Below are positions 1-9,663 of a stretch of 64,000 nucleotides of DNA, piece by piece (the stretch's first letter is position 1; every line of letters begins with the position of its first letter). The notes beneath the pieces are model-generated. The model was not told the origin of the DNA and did not search any database. It saw nothing but the letters and a program-made list of their open reading frames with translations. The stretch is taken from contig CBDBHR010000030.1 of the NCBI GenBank assembly GCA_965205865.1, forward strand, positions 544,001 to 608,000. The letters run 5' to 3'. Both the position numbers and the translations under genes were made by a program. The DNA comes from a bacterium. GTDB taxonomy: Bacteria; SAR324; NAC60-12.

Positions 1-2155
1 CAATGACTTTTTCCTGCAGGAAAGAAGGCATTGCGACGTATTTTTCAAATTCCATCGTAAAGGTGGCTTTTCCGGCACTGATGGAGCGAAGTTCGGTGGC
101 ATATCCGAACATTTCCAAGAGAGGCACTCCCGCACGGACCACCGTGCTTTCTTCGCCGACCTCCGAACCATAAATCACCCCCCGTCTGGAACTCAGATCT
201 CCAATCACCGTCCCCTGGTATTCGGCTGGAGTTTCCACTTCGACTTTCATGACCGGTTCCAGAAGAATCGGTCGGGATTTGGCGATGGCTTGTTTCATCG
301 CCTCCCGGCAGGCAAGGCGGTAGGCCAGATCACTGGAATCGACGTCATGGTATTTGCCATCAATCAGGGTAACCTTGATCCCGGTCACGGGAAACCCCGC
401 CAGCGGGCCTTTTTCCATGACGTCCTGAAATCCTTTTTCGCATGAAGGAATATGAGCGCTGGGAATAGAGCCGCCAAAAATATCGTTGATGAATTCAAAA
501 CCGTTTTCGTGTTCTGCCGGCAAGGGCTCGATAGTGCCACTGACTCCGGCAAACTGACCTGCTCCGCCCGTTTGTTTCTTGTGTAAATGAACAAATTTCG
601 CGGCTTGGGTGATCGCTTCCCGGTAGTTGACTCGAGGTGCGCCAACCAAGACGTCGACTTTATATTCACGCTGGATCCGTTCCAGGTATATTTCCAGGTG
701 CAACTCTCCCATCCCTGAAATATGGGTTTCTCCCGACTCCTTGTCCACCTTGACCTTGAAGGTGGGATCTTCACGCATGAACCGTCCCAGGGCCTTGCTC
801 ATCCTGACCTGCGATTCATTGTTTTTGGTATCCACCGCCAGTGAAATCACCGGTTCGGAGACGTGCATGGATTCACACGCCAGCTGAATCCCGGAGCCGC
901 AAAATGTATCCCCGGAGGCGCACTCGACGCCAATCATAGCCACGATATCCCCTGCTTGCGCCTTGTCTATATTCTGCCTGTCATTGGCATGCATGCGTAC
1001 CATTCGACCCACGCGAATCTTCTTGCCGGTGCGAATGTTGACGATTTGATCCCCTTTGCGCATGGAACCCTGGTAGATCCTCGTATAGGTCAGTTGCCCG
1101 AATTGCTCTTCTGTCAGCTTGAATGCCATTGCAACCAGCGGTAACTGTGGGTCCGGCAGCAATTCGACGCTTTGATTTTCGTCTGCAGGATTCTTTGCCA
1201 AAGCCGGTTCCGCTTCCAGCGGGGAAGGCAGGTAGTGGCAAACCGCGTCCAAAAGCGGTTGCACCCCCTTGTTGCGGAACGCCGAACCCAAATAGACCGG
1301 ACAGAGTTGCAACGACTGCACCCCTTTTCTGACAGCCACGTGGATCGCTTCTGCGGAAACTTCCTTTTCCTCCAGCAAATCCTCCATCAGTTGGTCATCG
1401 AACATGGAAACCGCTTCCAGCATCTCCCTGCGCCTCTCCTCGGCCGCCTCAATCGAGTCGGCAGGAATACCTTCCACGCGCAATTTCTCTCCTCGCGTCC
1501 CCTCGAAATAAATGGCCTTCATGCTGACCAGATCCACCACCCCTCGATGCTCCTCTTCCAGACCAATCGGAATCTGCATGGCGACCGCATTCAATTCCAG
1601 GATCTCGCAAAGGTCTTCGACCACTCGTGCGGGATCCGCCCCCCGGCGGTCCAGTTTGTTGATAAAAGCCAGCCGGGGCACCCGGTAGCGTTTCATCTGA
1701 CGATCCACCGTGATCGATTGCGACTGTACCCCGGCAACTCCGCAAAGGACCATGATCGCGCCATCCAACACTCGCAAGGAACGCTCCACTTCAACCGTGA
1801 AGTCCACATGCCCCGGGGTGTCGATGATGTTGATCGTCTCTCCCTTCCAAAAAACGGTGGTGGCGGCGGAAGTAATGGTGATCCCCTTCTCTTTTTCCAA
1901 ATCCATATGATCCATCGTCGCCCCCGCTCCCCCGCCATGCACTTCCCCGATCTTGTGAATCTTTCCCGCGTAATACAAAATGCGCTCGCTCAAAGTGGTT
2001 TTGCCACTGTCGATGTGGGCTGATATACCGATGTTTTTCATACGTCCAATGCTTCTTTGCAGGATATCGTCGCACGACAATTCCCGACTTTCCGACAGGT
2101 CACTGCCGTATTTATACGAAGGTTCAGAAACGATTACCTCTCCTTGATTTTCCAT
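1..2155 (-). CDS. fusA: Elongation factor G, 3' end truncated by the window edge
   Basis: Manual translation of the minus strand gives [24 protein letters not shown]...[18 protein letters not shown] (ATG at 2041; in-frame upstream ATG at 2155) and, in the same frame at the left edge, [30 protein letters not shown]...EKVI. Absent from the ORF track because the stop lies outside the window. Confidence 0.95.
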   Translation of the reverse strand, partial: MENQGEVIVSEPSYKYGSDLSESRELSCDDILQRSIGRMKNIGISAHIDSGKTTLSERILYYAGKIHKIGEVHGGGAGATMDHMDLEKEKGITITSAATTVFWKGETINIIDTPGHVDFTVEVERSLRVLDGAIMVLCGVAGVQSQSITVDRQMKRYRVPRLAFINKLDRRGADPARVVEDLCEILELNAVAMQIPIGLEEEHRGVVDLVSMKAIYFEGTRGEKLRVEGIPADSIEAAEERRREMLEAVSMFDDQLMEDLLEEKEVSAEAIHVAVRKGVQSLQLCPVYLGSAFRNKGVQPLLDAVCHYLPSPLEAEPALAKNPADENQSVELLPDPQLPLVAMAFKLTEEQFGQLTYTRIYQGSMRKGDQIVNIRTGKKIRVGRMVRMHANDRQNIDKAQAGDIVAMIGVECASGDTFCGSGIQLACESMHVSEPVISLAVDTKNNESQVRMSKALGRFMREDPTFKVKVDKESGETHISGMGELHLEIYLERIQREYKVDVLVGAPRVNYREAITQAAKFVHLHKKQTGGAGQFAGVSGTIEPLPAEHENGFEFINDIFGGSIPSAHIPSCEKGFQDVMEKGPLAGFPVTGIKVTLIDGKYHDVDSSDLAYRLACREAMKQAIAKSRPILLEPVMKVEVETPAEYQGTVIGDLSSRRGVIYGSEVGEESTVVRAGVPLLEMFGYATELRSISAGKATFTMEFEKYVAMPSFLQEKVI

Positions 2156-2315
2156 GAATTTCTACTGCTTTCTAATTAGGGTTTGCCCATCTGCGTAATA
2201 AAAGTTAAGCTGCATTTTTTATATCATCTATCAAAGGATCGCAAGTTTTTTTCATATCATGATGCGCTCCTCATTGCTATCCCTCCGTTGCAGTGAAGCA
2301 AGAGGACGCGAATAA

Positions 2316-2676
2316 GGAGCCCGAAACATAGTCGCCGGTGATCGAATCACGGGAGGAAAGTCCGGGCAACGCAGGGCAGGATGCTGGCTAACAGCCAGGC
2401 AGCGCGAGCTGACGGAAAGTGCAACAGAAAATAAACCGCCGATGGCTTTTTTGAGCACAGGCAAGGGTGAAAAGGCAGGGTAAGAGCCTACCGCGGCTCT
2501 GGTGACAGAGTCGGCAGTGTAAACCCCATCCGTTGCAAGTCCAAATAGAACCGCGTCGAAAGATGGCCCGTCCAGCGGTTGGGTAGGACGCTCGAGGTTC
2601 CTGGCAACAGGGATCCCAGATAAATGACTATGGTCTGCCGCAAGGCAGGAACAGAACCCGGCTTATTGCGGGCTCC
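2316..2676 (+). ncRNA. rnpB: RNase P RNA, bacterial type A
   Basis: Conserved GAGGAAAGTCCGGGC, GGAAAGTGCAACAGAAA, GTAAACCCC and ACAGAACCCGGCTTAT motifs; terminal P1 pairing GGAGCCCG/CGGGCTCC. Confidence 0.95.
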
Positions 2677-2698
2677 GCTCGACAGGCATGATAGAATT

Positions 2699-4279
2699 TC
2701 AAGGCCGCGGCAGCGCTTTGAGACAGAGCAGTGAGGTGGTCGAGGTGTTCTTCACGGTATAGTCTTGCAAGGCTACGGGAAGAAATAATCCATTCGCCGG
2801 TTGCAGGAAAGCGGGTTTCTGCGACCGGCGTTCCTGCGGCGCGGGGACCGGCCCGCCTTTTTTGTCGAGGGAGAAATGAAGCGTTCCTTCTCCCTTTACG
2901 CCGTACCACAGGTGGTAATCATCGCCCGTCTTATCCGAGTATTCACCCCCGGGGCGGACGATGATGCGCTCGACTGAAAAATCCGGGAAATCCACCACGC
3001 GTTCTTTTTGCCACTCTTCCGTTTTTCCCAATTCCTGCGGCGGAGAGCTGCGGTACGCTTCGGGTTTCAGCAGGGAGAGAGCTTTTGCCGTGTCCCGGTA
3101 ATCCTGGGTGAGCACCTTTTGCCCGGACATGAGAATCAGTCTTTCGTAATGCGGCGTTTGGAATTCAACGACCCGAATGCCATGCTGCAGGCTATGCAGG
3201 TGACAGGGGGGAAAGGTAATGACGTCCCCCACCCCGACCTGGTGATTTCCCACAAAATCGTAAAGTTGCTCCCGGCGCCGTTTTTCTTCATTTTGCAAGA
3301 CGAGCGGGATTTTTTTCAGGAGTTGTAAAGCGGTCTCCGGGGGGAGAGTGGCATGAGGGTCGATATGTTCACGTATTTTCATCTCATCCAGCAAACTGTC
3401 GATCCGGAGGCGGGTGTCCGCATAGGCGGCAAGGGAGCTTTCAAAATTCCGCAGGTAGGGGGCGAGCCAGTCCTCTCCACGGCAATCCCGGTAAGCTTTC
3501 ACTTTGCCGGGATGCAATCCTGCCTTGATGATGCCCACCCCTGAAGGCCAGGCTGTGGGATCGATCTCCGTGACCAGATAAACTTCCCATTTTTTTTCAT
3601 GCATTTCCAGGTAGAGGTCTCCCAAGACTTTCTGGGGCGCCGGATTCAAGGTTTTCAACAAAATCGGGCACTCCGCGTGGTTCTTCAAATAGCACTGGCG
3701 AAAGAGGGACAACGCATAGGGCAATTCCGTGGATCCTTCGGCAGTCCGTACGCGAGCCACTCCTCTTTTTTCAACCCCGGTGTACCATTCTTCATACCCC
3801 CATGGCTTGGGAACGAGGACCGTTTGCAAGGACAGGGGTTGCCCGGAAGACAGCAGGGCCGCCCGCTGCTGAGCGGCGATCGTTTCCAGCGGCGCCTGCC
3901 GGTTCAGTTGCAGCATTCGTTCGATTTCAGAGGCAGGTCGAAATGAGCCCTTCCAGACGCAACCCCGCATCGCAGCCGAGTCGGATTGGAAACACAAAAG
4001 CTCCTGAAAATCCTGGCGGAGTGCCGGTTGTCGCCAGGATTCTTCCCGCCGTCTATCGAGAAGCAGGAAAAATCGCGTGATCGCATGGTTTCGCATCCAC
4101 TCGTGAATGAAGGGAGCCAACAAGGCGCCCTCGAATTTTCCCAGGTCGCTTCTTCCCCGCAGATCCACTGCCAGGAAGGCGCGTCGCCTGGAATTGCGAG
4201 GTGGCGAGATGATCCGAACCTGATGCCGGTGGGCGTCCCAAAGCGCGGATAGGATGGAGACGGACATGGTCATGATCAA
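2699..4279 (-). CDS. Hypothetical protein with cupin / phosphomannose isomerase-like domain
   Basis: 526-aa ORF with PKPWGYEEWY, LEMHEKKWEVY and GDVITFPPCHLHSLQHGIRVVEFQ motifs resembling type I PMI cupins. Confidence 0.6.
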   Translation of the reverse strand: MIMTMSVSILSALWDAHRHQVRIISPPRNSRRRAFLAVDLRGRSDLGKFEGALLAPFIHEWMRNHAITRFFLLLDRRREESWRQPALRQDFQELLCFQSDSAAMRGCVWKGSFRPASEIERMLQLNRQAPLETIAAQQRAALLSSGQPLSLQTVLVPKPWGYEEWYTGVEKRGVARVRTAEGSTELPYALSLFRQCYLKNHAECPILLKTLNPAPQKVLGDLYLEMHEKKWEVYLVTEIDPTAWPSGVGIIKAGLHPGKVKAYRDCRGEDWLAPYLRNFESSLAAYADTRLRIDSLLDEMKIREHIDPHATLPPETALQLLKKIPLVLQNEEKRRREQLYDFVGNHQVGVGDVITFPPCHLHSLQHGIRVVEFQTPHYERLILMSGQKVLTQDYRDTAKALSLLKPEAYRSSPPQELGKTEEWQKERVVDFPDFSVERIIVRPGGEYSDKTGDDYHLWYGVKGEGTLHFSLDKKGGPVPAPQERRSQKPAFLQPANGLFLPVALQDYTVKNTSTTSLLCLKALPRP

Positions 4280-4438
4280 AATATGGGAATAAAAAACATC
4301 TCCGCGGTCAACTGCGAGCTATCAAGACCTCGACCGCTTCGCGCTCTCCGGAGAGGCAAAGCGCCGGAACGGTCGGTCACGCGGCAAGCTACGGGGAAGC
4401 GCACGCGGAAAATCGAAGACGAGCGCCAAGAAAACGGG

Positions 4439-5458
4439 TCAAAACAAATCGGGTTTGAGCGTATGGTTTTGCAATGCATGCATGGTACTCGAAGAAATCT
4501 CAGACAAAAAGCGAGACACGGTGGCCACTTCGTTGGCAGGAAGCGCATATCGGGATATGAATTCAACGGAAAAATTGCCGGCAAGCGGAGCATGCTCTTC
4601 GGATGAAAGAATCCCCCTCCCCTTGAGGGAGGGGTCGGGGGTGAGGTGTCGCGGGGAGGGGTAATACGGCATTTGGGCCATGATTTGTCGGCAAGCCGCT
4701 TCATTGGGATCGAGTATCACCGCCTGGCGTCCCAACTCTTGAAAGGCTTTTTCAAATAATTTTGCCTGGTATCCATAATGGGTACATCCCAAAAAAGCAT
4801 AAAGGGGTTTGAAAGGTCGGGACGTTTGCGCCAGGGCAATTTTGATGAAGTTCGTGATGCTCTGATAGACCTGTTTTCCTTCAGGGTCATTGGAGATCAT
4901 GGTGGCCACTCCCGGAAGGGCTCGGGAAATCATGCGATCGCCGGCAATGCCGGCTGCTGACAGCTTTGTGGCGTAAATCGATTCCGCAATGGTGGTCTCG
5001 GCAGCAAAAATGAATACGCCGGATGCGGGATTGGCGGAGAGGTGGCGGACAATCTGGCAGACGCCGGCGGAAATCATACCTGCCGGCGAAAGGGCAAAGC
5101 GACGGCTTTGCTTGTCCTGGAAAAAAGCCGTCTCCGAGAGCAAGGCGGACAGAGTATGGCAGGCGATAAAAATGAAATCAGGCTGGTACCAGCGCTCGAT
5201 CCCCGCCAGGACTTTGTCGAAGAAAAAAATTTTCTGCAACCGCGATTCCATTTGATTGAATCCCCAATCATTTTCGGGAACGGCATTCACGTATTTGAAT
5301 TCGACGGAAGCGGAGCGCCACCTGTTTGGGCGCTTGGCGGAACCAGACGCTCCGCCGACGCGGCGAGGGGTCAGTAAGGCGCAGATGGACAGGCCACCCA
5401 GTCCGGAATCGACAATCGCAATTTTCATTGAAACGCCTGAAATGCTTTTCAATTTCAA
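4439..5458 (-). CDS. murI: Glutamate racemase family protein
   Basis: DSGLGGLS, IACHT and LGCTHY catalytic motifs; carries an in-frame palindromic repeat insertion at about 4606-4665. Confidence 0.8.
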   Translation of the reverse strand: MKLKSISGVSMKIAIVDSGLGGLSICALLTPRRVGGASGSAKRPNRWRSASVEFKYVNAVPENDWGFNQMESRLQKIFFFDKVLAGIERWYQPDFIFIACHTLSALLSETAFFQDKQSRRFALSPAGMISAGVCQIVRHLSANPASGVFIFAAETTIAESIYATKLSAAGIAGDRMISRALPGVATMISNDPEGKQVYQSITNFIKIALAQTSRPFKPLYAFLGCTHYGYQAKLFEKAFQELGRQAVILDPNEAACRQIMAQMPYYPSPRHLTPDPSLKGRGILSSEEHAPLAGNFSVEFISRYALPANEVATVSRFLSEISSSTMHALQNHTLKPDLF

Positions 5459-5476
5459 TAAAGGAAAAAGGCCGCT

Positions 5477-8400
5477 TCAGTTTGCCATACCAGCCGCCTC
5501 TTGAAATTCGACCGAAACCATTTTGGAAACTCCCGGCTCTTCCATGGTCACCCCATACAAACGGTGCCCTATTTCCATGGTCCTCTTGTTGTGCGTGATG
5601 ATGATGAATTGTGAATCCTTCATCATCTGTTGGATCATCACATTGAAACGCCTCACGTTCACGTCGTCCAAAGGCGCGTCTACTTCATCGAGTAAACAAA
5701 AAGGACAGGGTTTGATCAAAAAGATCGCAAAAATGAGCGAGATGGCCGTCAGGGCTTTCTCACCTCCTGAAAGCAAATTCATGTTTTGTAGTTTTTTCCC
5801 GGGAGGCTGAGCAATGATCTGAATACCGGCTTCCAGGACGTCTTCGTCATCCGTCAGAACCATGCGGGCCTCTCCCCCTTCGAACAAGGTGGTAAAGGTC
5901 TCTTTGAAATACTGATTGACCTGTTCGAAGGTTTTCTGAAACCGCTGGCGTGATTCCACGTTGATTGCTCGAATGGATTGTCTCAAATCATTCATGGCCT
6001 TTTGCAAATCCGAAGATTGCTGCTCCAGAAAAAGGACTCTTTCCGCGAGGGCCGCGTGTTCCTGCGGAGCGCTCTGGTTGACGTGGGACATTTCGTTCAA
6101 CCGCGCGCGCAATTTTTTCAATTGTCCCGCCAGCTGACTTTCATCGAGATTCTCGAGATCCAATTGCTCCGTCATTTCCTGAGGAGCAAGGCTGTATGAA
6201 TTGGATATTTCCTCTTCGATTTGTTCACGCTGAATGCGTTGTTCGGTTGCCTGCAGGCTTGCTTCATGTATTTTCGTCAACAACCGCTCCAACTCCTCCG
6301 TCAGCTCCTGCAAATCTGTAGAGGATTGGGATCGTTTTTCCATCATTTGCTCGTGAATCTCCGTTTCCTGGTTCAAACGGGTCTTCAAGGCATCCCTTGC
6401 TTGCAGAAAGTCGTCGAAACGGGAATCGATTTCTGCGATGATCTGCCGGCTTTTTTTGATTTTTTCCCCGACTTCTTTTTGAGAATTCTGCAAAACCCCC
6501 ATGCGTTTCCGACAATCCATCGACTCGTGGGATAGTCGTTGTACCCGCTCCTCAGCGGTTTTGAGTTGTTGATGGACTTCCGTCAGCTTCACCCGGGTGG
6601 TGAGCAAGGTTTCCAATATTTTTTCCACGGTCTCCCGTTGGGCCCGCATCGATTGCTGGTGTCCTTCCATTTCCCCTTCCAGGCGTTTGCGGTCTTTTTC
6701 GAGGTGGACCAGTTTCGTATCGATTTCCTGCCGGTCTTTTTCATATTTTTCGATTTCCTGCCGCTGCTGTTGCCGGTCTGCTTTGAGTTGTTCCTTGAGT
6801 TGCGCGGTCCGTCGGTGTTCGAGTTGGTCGAATTCCAGTTCTTTGTGGAGGCGGGACAATTCCACATCCGATTCATGCTGCCGGCTTTTTTCCCGGTCAA
6901 TGGTTTCACTCCGTTGCGAGTATTGATCTTCGAGGGCCGTTTTTTCTTTCTGCAAGAGGGCCATTTCTTTCTGCGAATGCGATGCTTTTTGGGTCAGCAT
7001 TTCAATTTGGTTTTTACGTTTGAGGAAGCCAAAGGACGATTGGCGAGGCTGACCGATTCTGACGATTCCCTGCCGCGCGTAATAACTCCCTTGAGGAGAA
7101 ATCCATTCAATGGCTGTTTCGTCCACCGGTCGGGTTTGCCATGCCTGCTGGTTTTCCACCAGGTAAATCCGGCTGAAGAATCCCCGCGCCAACGAAGTAA
7201 CGGCAGTATCCGGCAGGGGGGCGACGAATCGAAGCAGATCCGACAAAGGAATACCGGGCAGTTGGCCGGGAGGGGGAAAATGGTCTGCCTGGTCCAGGGG
7301 GATGAAACCCAGGCGCCCCATTTCCTGCTGCTGGCAAAACCTTTCGATCTCGGGGAGAAATGCCGCTTTTTCCACCAGCAACAAATCCAGGTAATCCACC
7401 AGGGCGGGAGCGACTTTGGCAAAGTGGGAAGCTTCGACGTTGAGGAATTCAGCCACCACTCCTATAATTCCCAGGCGTTTTTTTTCCGCAGGGGATTCTT
7501 TCAGCAACATTAAAAAAGATTTCACGCTTTCATCGAGATCTTCATATTGATCCTGAATGCTCCTCAGGGATTCGAGGTGGGAGGTAGTCGTCTGAAAGCG
7601 ATATTGTCTTTCCTGCAGTCGCCTCTCATGGTCCGCCATTTTTCTTTGATGATCCGCATGCGCCGCTTCCAATTCTTGCAGGGATTGCAAAGCCTGCTCT
7701 TGCTCCGTCTGCAAACGATTGACGTTTTCCCCGGTTCGCGTCGCTTTCTCATGAGTCTCGCGCAAATAGGCCTCGTTGCTCCGTCTCTGTTCCTCGAGGC
7801 GGATGCCTCGTTCCGAAGTACTTTCAAGACGGTCTTGCAAAAATCCTTTTTGATTCGAGTGATTGGTCAAGCGCGTATGAATGGCAAGCAACTGTGTTTG
7901 TAAGGCTTGCGTGGCTTCGTTCAAGGTATTCAGGACGTTCCCCTCCTGTTGACGAGACTGCTCGACCTGCTCGACGTCCTCCTCGATTTGCACGAATTGT
8001 TTTTCCAGCAAGGCTGTTTCCTCTTGCGCGCAAGCCTGCTGCTCCCGCAAGATGGCGTCCTTGCCTTGCAATTCTTCCAACTCGCGGGCGTGTTGTTGGA
8101 TCCACTCCTCGTAGTTTTGTATGTTTTGCCGTTCCAGTATACGTTTGTTGTCACTTTCCTGGATTTCCCGTTCTTTCTGAAACGCCTCTTCGCGAAGGGT
8201 TTCCAGGTGGGTGTTGTGCCGGGTCGATTCCGAAGAAAGTTGTTCCAGTCGATTTTCCCGGACGGCGCGCTTTTCCTGCAAGACCGTCTGCTGTTTTTGG
8301 TGGCGGTTTTTGATGGTTTGCGATTCTTTTTCCTGCCGCTGCGTCCTTTGCCATTTCAAGGCCAGCAGTTGTTGATCGATTTGCCGCGTTTTATTTTTCA

Positions 8401-9064
8401 GATCGAGATAACGGATCGCTTTGTCCATTTGTTCGCGGAGGCCTTTTTCCTGGCGGCGCAACTCCTGCAGCAGATCGTCGACGCGCAACAGATTTTGCTG
8501 CGTGCTTTCCAAGCGTCTTTCCGCAGTTTGACGTTTCGTTTTGAATTTGACGATACCCGCCGCTTCCTCGATCAGATAACGGCGGTCGAGGGGTTTGGCG
8601 CTAATTATTTCTCCCACTCTTCCCTGCTCGATGATAGCATAGGATTTGCTGCCGATCCCGGTGTCCATGATCAACTCCCGCACGTCCATCAAGCGTACCG
8701 GTGATTTATTGATCATATAGACGCTCTCGCCGGAACGGTACAATTTACGGGAAACCGAAATTTCCGCAAAGTCCCGGTATCGAGGCAACACGGGACCGGC
8801 CTGATTATCGAAGGTCAGCATCACCTCGGCCAGGCCGACCGGTTTTTGGAAGTCACTGCCTGCGAAAATCACGTCTTCCATCCCGCCTCCACGTAAGTGC
8901 TTGGCACTTTGCTCTCCCAGCACCCAGAGGATGGCATCGGCGACGTTGCTCTTGCCACACCCATTGGGGCCGACCACCATGGTGATGCCATTTTGGATGA
9001 ACTCGAATTTGACGGAATGACAAAAAGACTTGAATCCTGTGATTTGCAGACTTTTGATGCGCAT
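5477..9064 (-). CDS. smc: Chromosome segregation protein SMC
   Basis: GFKSF, Walker A GPNGCGKSN, long coiled coils with hinge, LSGGEKAL signature, LLDEVDAPLD Walker B; 1195 aa. Confidence 0.97.
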   Translation of the reverse strand: MRIKSLQITGFKSFCHSVKFEFIQNGITMVVGPNGCGKSNVADAILWVLGEQSAKHLRGGGMEDVIFAGSDFQKPVGLAEVMLTFDNQAGPVLPRYRDFAEISVSRKLYRSGESVYMINKSPVRLMDVRELIMDTGIGSKSYAIIEQGRVGEIISAKPLDRRYLIEEAAGIVKFKTKRQTAERRLESTQQNLLRVDDLLQELRRQEKGLREQMDKAIRYLDLKNKTRQIDQQLLALKWQRTQRQEKESQTIKNRHQKQQTVLQEKRAVRENRLEQLSSESTRHNTHLETLREEAFQKEREIQESDNKRILERQNIQNYEEWIQQHARELEELQGKDAILREQQACAQEETALLEKQFVQIEEDVEQVEQSRQQEGNVLNTLNEATQALQTQLLAIHTRLTNHSNQKGFLQDRLESTSERGIRLEEQRRSNEAYLRETHEKATRTGENVNRLQTEQEQALQSLQELEAAHADHQRKMADHERRLQERQYRFQTTTSHLESLRSIQDQYEDLDESVKSFLMLLKESPAEKKRLGIIGVVAEFLNVEASHFAKVAPALVDYLDLLLVEKAAFLPEIERFCQQQEMGRLGFIPLDQADHFPPPGQLPGIPLSDLLRFVAPLPDTAVTSLARGFFSRIYLVENQQAWQTRPVDETAIEWISPQGSYYARQGIVRIGQPRQSSFGFLKRKNQIEMLTQKASHSQKEMALLQKEKTALEDQYSQRSETIDREKSRQHESDVELSRLHKELEFDQLEHRRTAQLKEQLKADRQQQRQEIEKYEKDRQEIDTKLVHLEKDRKRLEGEMEGHQQSMRAQRETVEKILETLLTTRVKLTEVHQQLKTAEERVQRLSHESMDCRKRMGVLQNSQKEVGEKIKKSRQIIAEIDSRFDDFLQARDALKTRLNQETEIHEQMMEKRSQSSTDLQELTEELERLLTKIHEASLQATEQRIQREQIEEEISNSYSLAPQEMTEQLDLENLDESQLAGQLKKLRARLNEMSHVNQSAPQEHAALAERVLFLEQQSSDLQKAMNDLRQSIRAINVESRQRFQKTFEQVNQYFKETFTTLFEGGEARMVLTDDEDVLEAGIQIIAQPPGKKLQNMNLLSGGEKALTAISLIFAIFLIKPCPFCLLDEVDAPLDDVNVRRFNVMIQQMMKDSQFIIITHNKRTMEIGHRLYGVTMEEPGVSKMVSVEFQEAAGMAN

Positions 9065-9309
9065 GTGGCAAGTCTTTGAAAATGGCGGAGCGGACTGTTA
9101 TTTTTCTATGACGTCATCAGAATCTATGCCATAGTGCGGGGATAAAGAAAAGTTTTCCCGTAAATGACGCGGATTCCACGGCGAGTATCATGGACAGCAA
9201 CAAACGATGCGGAAAAATCTGTTGATTTCAATTACGGGACTGTGATACCTTGCCGGGAAGCTCCATTGAGTAAACGTCATTGCTCTACCATTCTGCGAAA
9301 GTTTTTACC

Positions 9310-9543
9310 ATGTCGGAACACGCTTTTGAAACTGCATTGAAACATCTCGAGGAAGCTGTCAACCAACTGGAGACCGGTTCGTTGCCTCTGGAAGATGCCT
9401 TGAAATCCTTTGAAAACGGCATTCGCTGGAGCAGGGAATGCCACCGGTTTCTGGAAAAAGCCGAAAAACGCATCGAAGTGATTTTGAAAAATGAGCAGGG
9501 AGAACACGCCCGGAGCTTATTCGATGCGGAGCAGCGGGATTGA
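9310..9543 (+). CDS. xseB: Exodeoxyribonuclease VII small subunit
   Basis: FETALKHLEEAVNQLETGSLPLEDALKSFENGI...LEKAEKRIEVI pattern; 77 aa from ATG at 9310. Confidence 0.92.
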   Translation: MSEHAFETALKHLEEAVNQLETGSLPLEDALKSFENGIRWSRECHRFLEKAEKRIEVILKNEQGEHARSLFDAEQRD

Positions 9544-9663
9544 CTATCCACATTCATATAATGCAAAATCACTGCTTGGAACCTCACTTTTCCACTTTCC
9601 TTCTGAAAACAATCAAACCATCTCCTCTCCGGAGTCTCTTACCTTTTCGATAAAGGAATTTTA

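Noticed and set aside
1172-2023. Long antisense ORFs (also 6539-7513, 7907-8704, 9661-10512, 41344-42450, 59740-60834)
   Set aside because: They are shadow frames opposite well-supported genes and have no recognisable motifs.
1-2155. fusA pseudogene, since it is missing from the ORF track
   Set aside because: N- and C-terminal motifs are in the same frame; the stop codon simply lies beyond the window.
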